Shown: in pieces, positions 34,241 to 41,598 of the stretch
Position numbering within the stretch: the first letter of the stretch is position 1
How the letters are laid out: every line of letters begins with the position of its first letter
Assembly (NCBI GenBank): GCA_964462885.1
Contig: CAYWZR010000001.1
Coordinates: 1 to 41,598, forward strand
Reading direction: 5' to 3'
Source of the DNA: an uncultured Nitrospirota bacterium
GTDB lineage: Bacteria; Nitrospirota; Thermodesulfovibrionia; SZUA-242
DNA: 41,598 bases
Position numbers and translations under genes: made by a program
Notes under the pieces: generated by a model
The model's input: only the letters and a program-made list of their open reading frames with translations
Database searches by the model: none
Told to the model about the DNA's origin: nothing

Positions 34241-35743
34241 TCATATCCCAACCGGCACTGTAAACCGAATAATACTCTCTACGATATCACCTGTGTAAAT
34301 ACCAACCACTATTAAGCTTATGGAAACAATTACAAGAGGCGCGAGCATGCTGAGCGGAGCTTCGTCAATTTTAGGCGATAAATCGGCATTATGGCCGTGC
34401 CCGCTATGGTCTTTGAATGGCTCGAAGTAACCAACCTCTATCATCCGAAAGAATAATACTGCGTTAACCAAACTGGAAAAAATGAGTGCCGCCATAAAGC
34501 CCCAGTGGCCCGCATCAATAGCACCAGAAATCAGATACCACTTGCTGAAAAAACCGGCTGTCGGCGGAACACCGATCATCGATAAAGCTCCTACTGTGAA
34601 GGCCCCCATGGTTACCGGCATTTTTATGTAAAGGCCACGAAGATTTTCAAGCTTATGCCCTTTTGTTTTGTAAACAATAATTCCAGCAGCCAGAAAAAGA
34701 CAGAGAGTCATGAGAGCATCATTTAGAATATGTAAAACAGCTCCTGTAATTCCAAGACGGTTGGCCAGCCATACGCCCCCGACCATATATCCAACCTCAG
34801 CCACAATCAGGTAGGTTAGTATCTTCTTAAAGTCTGTCTGCGCAAGCGCCAGAATTGAGCCGCCTACTATAGCGGCAACCGCCATCCATACAACAATGTT
34901 ATGCGCGGTAAAAGTTTCAAATACAAAGGCCGGAGAAAAGACGGAAAACATAATCCTTATCATGACGTAGACCGAAACTTTTGTCATAAGGGGAGCAATA
35001 AGACAGCCTGCTGCAGAAGGCGCATATGTATATGCATTTGGAAGCCATCCGTGTAGTGGGAAAAAAGCCATTTTGGCCCAGAGTCCTACCAGAATCAAAA
35101 TAAAAGCTACCAAAATAGCATGTGAAGAATTAAGATTTGGTAGGATCTTATAAAGATCCATCATATTTAATGAACCTGTCATTATGTATAGATGTCCTAC
35201 TCCCAACAAGTAGAAACACGCACCCATTGTGCCCATGATAACGTAGTTAAAACTCGAAATCATAGCCCTATCTTTTCCGATAGCAATTAATGCATATGTT
35301 GTAAGCGCTGATATTTCGATTAAAACATATAGGTTAAATGCATCGCCGGTAATAGTCATTCCAAGAAGCCCTGTTACAAGCAAAAGGTGCAGCGTATAGA
35401 ATTGTGGTATTTTGTCAGGCAACTCCTGCTTAACGCTTTCTTTTGAGTAAACAGCGGAGAGCAGAGCGACAAAGGATATGACAACAAGCATAAGTGCGTT
35501 TAGATGATCAACTACGTATTCAATGCCGACCGGAGGCTTCCATCCGCCAAGTCGATAATGAACCGCACCGTTTTTGACTACCTCTAGAAGAAGAGCTACA
35601 GATGCGTATAAAGAACCTGCAAGGGCAATAATCGTAACCGGATAACAAAACTTTTCATTAAACCATCCGGCAATACTTACGATAAAAGTACAAAGAAAAG
35701 GTGTGATAATTAACACAATTGGCAACTGCTCAGAAAAATTCAT
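34241..35743 (-). CDS. mrpD: Na+/H+ antiporter subunit D-like protein (MrpD/MnhD, NuoM/N-type, PF00361)
   Basis: 500-aa polytopic protein. HGWLPNAYTYAPSAAGCLIAPLMTKVSVYVMIR is the MrpD/NuoN-type motif. Its start overlaps the mrpC stop by 4 nt. Confidence 0.8.
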   Translation of the reverse strand: MNFSEQLPIVLIITPFLCTFIVSIAGWFNEKFCYPVTIIALAGSLYASVALLLEVVKNGAVHYRLGGWKPPVGIEYVVDHLNALMLVVISFVALLSAVYSKESVKQELPDKIPQFYTLHLLLVTGLLGMTITGDAFNLYVLIEISALTTYALIAIGKDRAMISSFNYVIMGTMGACFYLLGVGHLYIMTGSLNMMDLYKILPNLNSSHAILVAFILILVGLWAKMAFFPLHGWLPNAYTYAPSAAGCLIAPLMTKVSVYVMIRIMFSVFSPAFVFETFTAHNIVVWMAVAAIVGGSILALAQTDFKKILTYLIVAEVGYMVGGVWLANRLGITGAVLHILNDALMTLCLFLAAGIIVYKTKGHKLENLRGLYIKMPVTMGAFTVGALSMIGVPPTAGFFSKWYLISGAIDAGHWGFMAALIFSSLVNAVLFFRMIEVGYFEPFKDHSGHGHNADLSPKIDEAPLSMLAPLVIVSISLIVVGIYTGDIVESIIRFTVPVGI

Positions 35744-36135
35744 CGAATCTGCTCCAGAATTTCATCTTCCTCAACAGTCCCATATCGTTTATGAATACCG
35801 ATTATGATCGCAAGTGCCACTCCAAGCGTGCTTACTGAAACCACAATAGCAGTAAGTATCAGCACATGAGGTAGGGGATTGACATAATGCATTGCATTAA
35901 TCGTATGCGCCGCAACTTCATGAGCATGCCCAGCAGCGTGGACATCTTCTATAATGGGAATTGTAGCGCCTTGTTTGGCTCCGATAGAGACATAAAAAAC
36001 CATAATCGCCGTCTGAAAAATACTCATTCCGATGATCTTTTTTACCAAGTTGTTTTTGGACAACATGGCATACAGTCCTATCATCATCAAGAGAACGTAA
36101 ATCCAATAATTATACTTTGCAAGAATTATTTCCAT
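35740..36135 (-). CDS. mrpC: Na+/H+ antiporter subunit C-like protein (MrpC/MnhC, NuoK family) with a His-rich loop insertion
   Basis: 131 aa. YWIYVLLMMIGLYAMLSKNNLVKKIIGMSIFQTAIMVFYV and NPLPHVLILTAIVVS align with MrpC (PLPQALILTAIVI in Bacillus subtilis MrpC, from memory). Confidence 0.8.
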   Translation of the reverse strand: MEIILAKYNYWIYVLLMMIGLYAMLSKNNLVKKIIGMSIFQTAIMVFYVSIGAKQGATIPIIEDVHAAGHAHEVAAHTINAMHYVNPLPHVLILTAIVVSVSTLGVALAIIIGIHKRYGTVEEDEILEQIR

Positions 36136-36523
36136 AGGTTACATCCTATATTACCCTACGTCGGAGCCATTAGAAGTCTATAAGTCGTCCAAAATCAATT
36201 CTTGTTTAAGCATCTCATTTTCAGCCCATCTGTGAAAGATTCTCTCATTCAACTAGTATCAGCCACACTTCACCTAAATATATGAGCGCAAAAAGTTTGT
36301 TGTTATAAAGACACAAGCACCTACATGAGGTCAAGTTCCATATTATCTTAACTGGCCTCCCATTTTGTTCTAGTGGAATGTATATTTTAAGTTTCTGGTA
36401 AAAGCATTCCAATTTCACAGCCCAACCGACTTTAAACACCTAATATTATCAGAAAGTTTAAGGCTAATGATCTACTAGTAGGTGTTGAATTGAGGTATAA
36501 TAAAGAGTTGTTTTCGTAAACGG

Positions 36524-37207
36524 TTACAAAAACTTTTTGCGAAGAGCGGGGTAGAGAGTGGTTTGGCCTTTGCCGTAGCTGATCAGCTTTTCTTTTTTTA
36601 ACTTATTCATAACTCTAATAGCAGTCTCTACAGTGGTTCCAACCATTTCAGCAATCTCCTGCATAGTAAGTCCCATCTCCATTACAATCTCATCTCCGCT
36701 GTTACTGCGGCCCACTCTATCGCCAAAACGAATAAGCAGAGAGGCTACTCTCCGCTCAACACGCTCTACAGAGACACTTCTTAGCATATCGTATGCGTTT
36801 CTGAGGCGTTCGCCGAAGTAGACGTTAGCCTCAATAGCCAACACATGGAATCTGTCTATAAGCTCAAAAAAAGTCGTCTTTTCTGTCCATAAAACAGTAA
36901 CATCTTCCATGGCCTGGGCCGATGCCGGGTAGGGACGCCCATCCAGCACCGCGATGCCGCCAAAGATCTCAGGTGGTCGGATTATCTCCAGAATCACGTC
37001 TTTGCCTTCGGGTGTGTGCTTTACAATCTTCACCTGCCCTATAGCTGCCATATAAAACCGGTCGGAGTTTTCACCTTCCATGAAAACATACTCGTCCTCA
37101 GCAACTTTCTGCTTTCTAAAAAGAGTGGACGCCTTGGATAATTCATCCCCGGACAACCTGCAGAAAAGCTTGTTAGTTTTTAGAGTTTCTATAATAAGAT
37201 CTTTCAT
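36524..37207 (-). CDS. Crp/Fnr-family transcriptional regulator (cNMP-binding fold + HTH; no Fnr-type Cys cluster)
   Basis: The track ORF starts at 37240. The ATG at 37207 (MKDLIIETLKTNKLFCRLSGDEL) has AGGAG 8 nt upstream. The beta-roll is VFMEGENSDRFYMAAIGQVKIV and the HTH is MTMQEIAEMVGTTVETAIRVMNKLKKEKLI. Confidence 0.88.
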   Translation of the reverse strand: MKDLIIETLKTNKLFCRLSGDELSKASTLFRKQKVAEDEYVFMEGENSDRFYMAAIGQVKIVKHTPEGKDVILEIIRPPEIFGGIAVLDGRPYPASAQAMEDVTVLWTEKTTFFELIDRFHVLAIEANVYFGERLRNAYDMLRSVSVERVERRVASLLIRFGDRVGRSNSGDEIVMEMGLTMQEIAEMVGTTVETAIRVMNKLKKEKLISYGKGQTTLYPALRKKFL

Positions 37208-37262
37208 GCGGCTTGCTCCTATTAGTAGCTTATAGCGCATAAAGCAACACTATAAAACAAAC

Positions 37263-37613
37263 TCACGGACCTCCGATTAATTTACGAATCATCTCTTTCA
37301 GCTCAGCCAAATCGGATGATTTTACCAGATAGGCTTCTGATGCCCAGACAGCAAAATCGTCCCGGTAGTCATAAGCCGTGGACATGATAACAGGAAGTTG
37401 AGGATTCTTCTCTTTCATTTTTCGAAGAACCTGTATGCCGTCTATATCCGGCATGAGAATATCGAGAGTCACCAGATCAGGCTTGACCGTTTCGAACTTC
37501 TCCAGCGCTTCAGTACCGGAACCAGCTATATGTACCTCATAGCCAGCCTCCTCCAGTTCGGCCTGATACAGGAGTTGAATCCGTTTATCATCATCCACTA
37601 CCAGAATTTTCAT
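37263..37613 (-). CDS. Single-domain response regulator (CheY-like receiver)
   Basis: 116 aa. KILVVDDDKR ... DLVTLDILMPDIDGIQ ... STAY ... LVKS. It begins 2 nt after the kinase stop. Confidence 0.9.
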   Translation of the reverse strand: MKILVVDDDKRIQLLYQAELEEAGYEVHIAGSGTEALEKFETVKPDLVTLDILMPDIDGIQVLRKMKEKNPQLPVIMSTAYDYRDDFAVWASEAYLVKSSDLAELKEMIRKLIGGP

Positions 37614-37615
37614 TT

Positions 37616-40600
37616 TTATTCCTCCTCCAGGGGCAAATATATTTTGAAGGTCGTTCCAACGCCCACCTCTGATTTTACTTCAATCCTGCCGCGATGCAAA
37701 TCTATAATTCTCTGGGTTATCGCCATACCCAAACCAGTACCGGAAATCTTTGTTGTAAAAAACGGATCGAAGATGTGCCTTTGCTCATATTCCGTCATAC
37801 CTGTTCCGGTATCCTGCACCTCGATAACAGCATCATTCTCTGTGCAATACAGACGTATGCTCATCTTACCACCGTCTTCCATTGCCTGCTCGGCATTGGC
37901 GATAAAATTAGTGAGTGCTTCTCTTATTTTATTAGAATCCACAGGAACTTCAAGTGAAATTTCTCTGTAGTCCTTTTCGATCGAAATCCCCCGTTCCTTA
38001 AGTGATGGCGAGAAAAGCGAAATAAGCTGATCCATAATTTCGACAAGGTCTCCTTTTACAAGTAGAATCGGAGTCTCACGCACAAATCCTAGAATATCTT
38101 TCAGAATCACTTCAAGATGATTCACCGAGTCAACCATAATCGTAGCATAATCTTTAAGCGGTCCTTCCAGTTTTTTCTCGAGTCTTCTGGCAAAGCCGCC
38201 AATTGATATGAGAGGATTTCGTATTTCATGGGCTATCTTTGCAGCCATTTCTCCAAGCGCCGCCAGCTTTTCGGCCTTGAGTAGTTTTTCTCTCAATCGT
38301 TTCGATTCCGAAATATTACGTGAAACATGCACTGTACCGATCATACCACCAGAGAGATCGAAGATCGGGGATGAAGAGATAAGATAAGTCCCTCCTGGAA
38401 AAAGTCCTTCCAGTTCTTCCACATATGATTTTCCCGTCTTTATAGTCTTTGCGTGCGGGCATTTGAGACAAGGTTCATTCGTTCCGTGAAAAACCTCGTA
38501 ACACTTCTTTCCGATTATTTCTTGCTCGGGCAAACCTATCTTTTTTTCAACAGCTCTGTTCACCTTTTTGATGGTAAAGTCTTTGTCATTGAAGTAGACC
38601 ATATCGGATATTGATTCAAAAATATTTTCAAGTTCGGCCTCGGCCATAGAGACTTTTTCAAAAAGTCGGGCGTTTTCTATAGCGGAAGCCACGTGGTTGG
38701 CAAAACCTGACAGAAAGCGTATATCGTCTTCGGTTATCGGGCGCAAGTTGAAAAGATTGTCCACCCATAGCACACCCACAACTCTGTTCTGGGAAATCAG
38801 AGGTATAAGTGCAAAAGCTTCGGTTCCAAGAAGTTGAATCAATATCGGATCTACGCGATCATCAGACCTTACATCCAACACATTTACCGGTTTTTTCTCC
38901 CGAACCACAATTGTCAGAATACTTTCAGAGTCGTTGTTCATGGGGATCTGCAGGTTTGTCGCAAGCTGGTCAAGGAAGGACTCTTTCTGAACCGGGGAAG
39001 AGACTATCTCCTTCATTATGTCTTCAAGGGTTTTACGCTCCATGGCCAGCTCACCCCAGATCCTCCAGGCCTCCTCCAGGCTGCCAGGCCCCACACCCAT
39101 TACACCTTTGATAATACGGGCATCTTCATCCACCTCAAACAAAAGAGCACGGTTAAAACCCAGCCCATCAGACATTGTGACAGCAGTAAGCATCATCCGA
39201 AGAAGTCTGTTTATATCCAGCGTAGAACGCATGGCGTTACTTATAAATAGAAGGCGTGATAATTCTTGATTACGGCGTGTCAACTCCTGCTCGACCCGGC
39301 GCTTATCAGAAATATCTCTTGATATACCGCTTACTCCTATAACCTCACCATCTTCATCAAGAATGGGCGAAAGAGTAAGGCTGACTTCGATAAGTGAACC
39401 GTCCTTATGGCGTCTGAGCGTTTCGATATCGCGAAGTGTTTCTTTACGCTTTACAAGCTCTGCGTTTTCCGCCTCAGCAGGCAGGAGAAAGTCAGGCAGC
39501 ACAGGTACAGGCTTGCCTAGAACCTCCTCGGCAGTGTATCCGTAAATTTTTTCGGCACCCTTGTTCCAAGACGTCACTTGCCCGCTTACATCTGTTGTAA
39601 TTATGGCATCAGCTGAGTTGGCGATCAGTGATTCCAGGTATTTTTTGGTCTGGCTCACCTCGCTGTATAGCGACAAGATTTTTTTCTGTGCATTCATCCG
39701 GTCAGTGATATCCTGGATAAAGACTATAACTTCCTGAACATCACCTTTTTCATTCCTCATGGGATACATAGTAATTTCTGCATAAAACTGCATTCCCCTG
39801 GTGCTGCCCTTGTGAGGAACCTTCGTAGACTTTCCGACTTCGAAAGCTGCTTTTACCGGGTTTTGAAGACATGTTTCAAATCCCTGACTGAAAACCTCAC
39901 TACATTTTCTGTTTACCAAATTATCTGCGCCATCTTCGATCCAACGTTCTACGTACCTGTTGGCCGAGAGAATGACTAAATCTCTGTCCACCGTTATTAT
40001 GCCGCCCTGCACACTCTCGAAAAGTGTTTCGAGGCGCTGTCCGGCCATGCGCACCTCTTCCTCTCTGAGCTTCTCTTCGCGGTATAGCCTGGCGTTTTCG
40101 ATAGCAATTGCGGCCATTGAAGCTACAGCTGAAAGTGTCTCAAGATCATCATTGGTGAAAGTCGCCGCCCTGCCGTTTATTCGTTTGTTGTAGTGCCCTA
40201 TAGTACCAATGACGTGTGTACCCACCTTAAGCGGCACTGCCATAACCGACCTTGTCTCCACGCCGGGAACACGGGTGTCCAAGGGCATATCTCTTGTGTC
40301 TTCCACCAGCATTGGTTTGCCGTCTCTTGCAACCTTACCGGCAATTCCCTCGCCAAGGGGAAGAGGCTTTGTCACATCAAGACCCTCTGGCAACCCATAA
40401 GATGCCTTGATTATCAGTGCGTTTTCCTCTCCCTCTAGCAGCCTGACAATAGCTCCCTCTGCACGAAGCAGCTCTGCGGTTCTGCGACATATGTCCGGTA
40501 GCAGTTGGTCCAGGTCCAGAATGGAGTTGATTGCCATACCCAGGTCATGGATCACATTTAGGCGCTGCAACTGCCGCCTCATGTTTTCGTAAAGTTCGGC

Positions 40601-41598
40601 ATTTCGAATAACGCTTGCCACATTATGAGAAATAAGAGTCAGCAGATCTGTTTCATCTCGGGAATAGTTATATACCGCGCGTGTTTGCAAAGTAATAACG
40701 CCAAGGGCAATACCTTCACGCACAATCGGCACAGCCAGCATGGAGGAAAACTCGGCCTCGCCTGTTATCGGGATACCTTTAAAACGTGGATCTCTTTTTA
40801 CATCAGGTACGGGTATCGGTCGAAGCTCCTTTGCCGCTCTGCCCACAATGCCTTCATCCAGCCCCAGACACACCTTGCCAATAGATGCCGCCTTCAACCC
40901 CTTTGTCGCCCGAAGAACAACCGACTTCCCATCATCCGAAATCAGGTAGATAGAGCAGACATCCCTATCAAGTTGTTCAGCAACGATCTCTGTTATCATC
41001 TGAAGGATGGATTGAATTTCCAGCGTAGAATTGGCCACCCTGGAGACTTCCATGAGCGTCTCACTTTCAAGAAGTTTGGCGCTCAGACGTGTATGCGACC
41101 TGCCCAGCACCCGGGCCATTTCGTTGAATGTAGAGGAAAGAGTACCAAACTCGTCCTTCCTCTGCATCTCTATTCTATGATTAAAATTGCCCTCACTAAT
41201 TTTTTTGGTGCCTTCCATCAAGCTTGAGATCGGCTCGGTGATCCAGCGAGCCACCCTGACGACAAAATACGAAGTCAGGGCCAAAACCAGAAAAAAAGTA
41301 AGTACTAAAAATCGATACAGCTTGAGTTGAAGAACATCGCTTTCGGCAAGAGCAAGTTTGGCCCTGGATTCGGCAAGGTGATCCAGATTTTTACATAAAC
41401 CGGAAAGCTCTTTTTCAAAAATTTTGAAAAACTTCAGAAGCTCCCTCACCCGTTTGGAAGATATATAGGGATCCAACTTAAACAACGCATCACTTAGTTG
41501 CTGCATGGAATTCAATGTACCGTTTATTTTAAGGATAAGTGCATTTTCCTCAACGCTATCAGCTGCTGTTCTGGCTTTTGCAAGCGCGGCCTTAAGCC
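37616..41598 (-). CDS. Very large sensor histidine kinase: helical N-terminal sensor region, TM, HAMP, GAF, GAF, PAS, PAS, GAF, PAS, HisKA, HATPase_c. The 5' end probably lies beyond the window
   Basis: The track ORF is 37616..41515 (TTG start), but the frame stays open with no stop up to position 41598 (...LKAALAKARTAADSVEENALILKINGTLNSMQQ...). H-box is IAHEIRNPLISIGGF. G-box is GTGLGMAITQRIIDLHRGRIEV. HAMP is KISEGNFNHRIEMQRKDEFGTLSSTFNEMA. Confidence 0.88.
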   Translation of the reverse strand, partial: LKAALAKARTAADSVEENALILKINGTLNSMQQLSDALFKLDPYISSKRVRELLKFFKIFEKELSGLCKNLDHLAESRAKLALAESDVLQLKLYRFLVLTFFLVLALTSYFVVRVARWITEPISSLMEGTKKISEGNFNHRIEMQRKDEFGTLSSTFNEMARVLGRSHTRLSAKLLESETLMEVSRVANSTLEIQSILQMITEIVAEQLDRDVCSIYLISDDGKSVVLRATKGLKAASIGKVCLGLDEGIVGRAAKELRPIPVPDVKRDPRFKGIPITGEAEFSSMLAVPIVREGIALGVITLQTRAVYNYSRDETDLLTLISHNVASVIRNAELYENMRRQLQRLNVIHDLGMAINSILDLDQLLPDICRRTAELLRAEGAIVRLLEGEENALIIKASYGLPEGLDVTKPLPLGEGIAGKVARDGKPMLVEDTRDMPLDTRVPGVETRSVMAVPLKVGTHVIGTIGHYNKRINGRAATFTNDDLETLSAVASMAAIAIENARLYREEKLREEEVRMAGQRLETLFESVQGGIITVDRDLVILSANRYVERWIEDGADNLVNRKCSEVFSQGFETCLQNPVKAAFEVGKSTKVPHKGSTRGMQFYAEITMYPMRNEKGDVQEVIVFIQDITDRMNAQKKILSLYSEVSQTKKYLESLIANSADAIITTDVSGQVTSWNKGAEKIYGYTAEEVLGKPVPVLPDFLLPAEAENAELVKRKETLRDIETLRRHKDGSLIEVSLTLSPILDEDGEVIGVSGISRDISDKRRVEQELTRRNQELSRLLFISNAMRSTLDINRLLRMMLTAVTMSDGLGFNRALLFEVDEDARIIKGVMGVGPGSLEEAWRIWGELAMERKTLEDIMKEIVSSPVQKESFLDQLATNLQIPMNNDSESILTIVVREKKPVNVLDVRSDDRVDPILIQLLGTEAFALIPLISQNRVVGVLWVDNLFNLRPITEDDIRFLSGFANHVASAIENARLFEKVSMAEAELENIFESISDMVYFNDKDFTIKKVNRAVEKKIGLPEQEIIGKKCYEVFHGTNEPCLKCPHAKTIKTGKSYVEELEGLFPGGTYLISSSPIFDLSGGMIGTVHVSRNISESKRLREKLLKAEKLAALGEMAAKIAHEIRNPLISIGGFARRLEKKLEGPLKDYATIMVDSVNHLEVILKDILGFVRETPILLVKGDLVEIMDQLISLFSPSLKERGISIEKDYREISLEVPVDSNKIREALTNFIANAEQAMEDGGKMSIRLYCTENDAVIEVQDTGTGMTEYEQRHIFDPFFTTKISGTGLGMAITQRIIDLHRGRIEVKSEVGVGTTFKIYLPLEEE

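Noticed and set aside
36231-36247. TGTGA-N6/7-TCTCA as a CRP/Fnr-type site for the adjacent Crp-family regulator
   Set aside because: Only one half-site matches the TGTGA-N6-TCACA consensus. That is too weak to call.
36245-36439. 64-aa minus-strand ORF in the mrpC leader
   Set aside because: It has a GTG start with no SD, a Cys/Leu-rich odd composition and no family resemblance. I treat it as non-coding, but ribosome profiling could revisit it.
40625-41227. 200-aa + strand ORF (plus smaller ones at 38809-40592)
   Set aside because: They are antisense to GAF/PAS domains of the giant kinase, with no motifs or SD.

Overview
This 41.6-kb segment is almost fully coding, with about 40 genes. The gene content reads like a Desulfobacterota (deltaproteobacterium-type) chromosome, but that is inference from gene content only.

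Gene order, left to right:
- lgt (5' part, not in the ORF track) and a detached F-ATPase atpB-atpE pair.
- A divergent rnfC-D-G-E cluster that ends without rnfA or rnfB.
- A PAS histidine kinase overlapping pilD, a small coiled-coil ORF, and nusA-rimP.
- An M50 protease, trpS, a TPR lipoprotein and serC.
- A ~150-bp palindromic MITE-like element.
- A ~10.5-kb signalling island with 2 large sensor kinases, 4 receiver proteins, 2 HD-GYP domains and 1 HDOD protein.
- algH, then rplY-pth-znuA-znuC-znuB.
- A secreted discoidin-domain repeat protein.
- An atypical Mrp-like cluster: mrpC, mrpD, a CBS protein, an ArsB/NhaD-type permease and a NuoL/MrpA-like subunit. An AT-rich DUF4258/YgiT toxin-antitoxin cassette splits it, and the toxin carries an in-frame TGA.
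- A giant GAF/PAS kinase, a REC protein and a Crp-family regulator in one operon that runs off the right edge.

I recognised no rRNA, tRNA, CRISPR array, transposase, integrase or phage genes.

Best candidates for something undescribed:
1. The rnfCDGE-only cluster. Its RnfE-like subunit has lost the second conserved Cys of the RnfA/RnfE (NqrD/NqrE) family.
2. The minimal MrpC + MrpD + NuoL-like + CBS + ArsB/NhaD module.
3. The nonsense-interrupted toxin-antitoxin cassette inserted in that module.
4. The structured 149-bp palindromic element.
5. The one-kinase, three-paralogous-receiver HD-GYP/HDOD island.

All family calls come from motif recognition by eye. No database search was possible.
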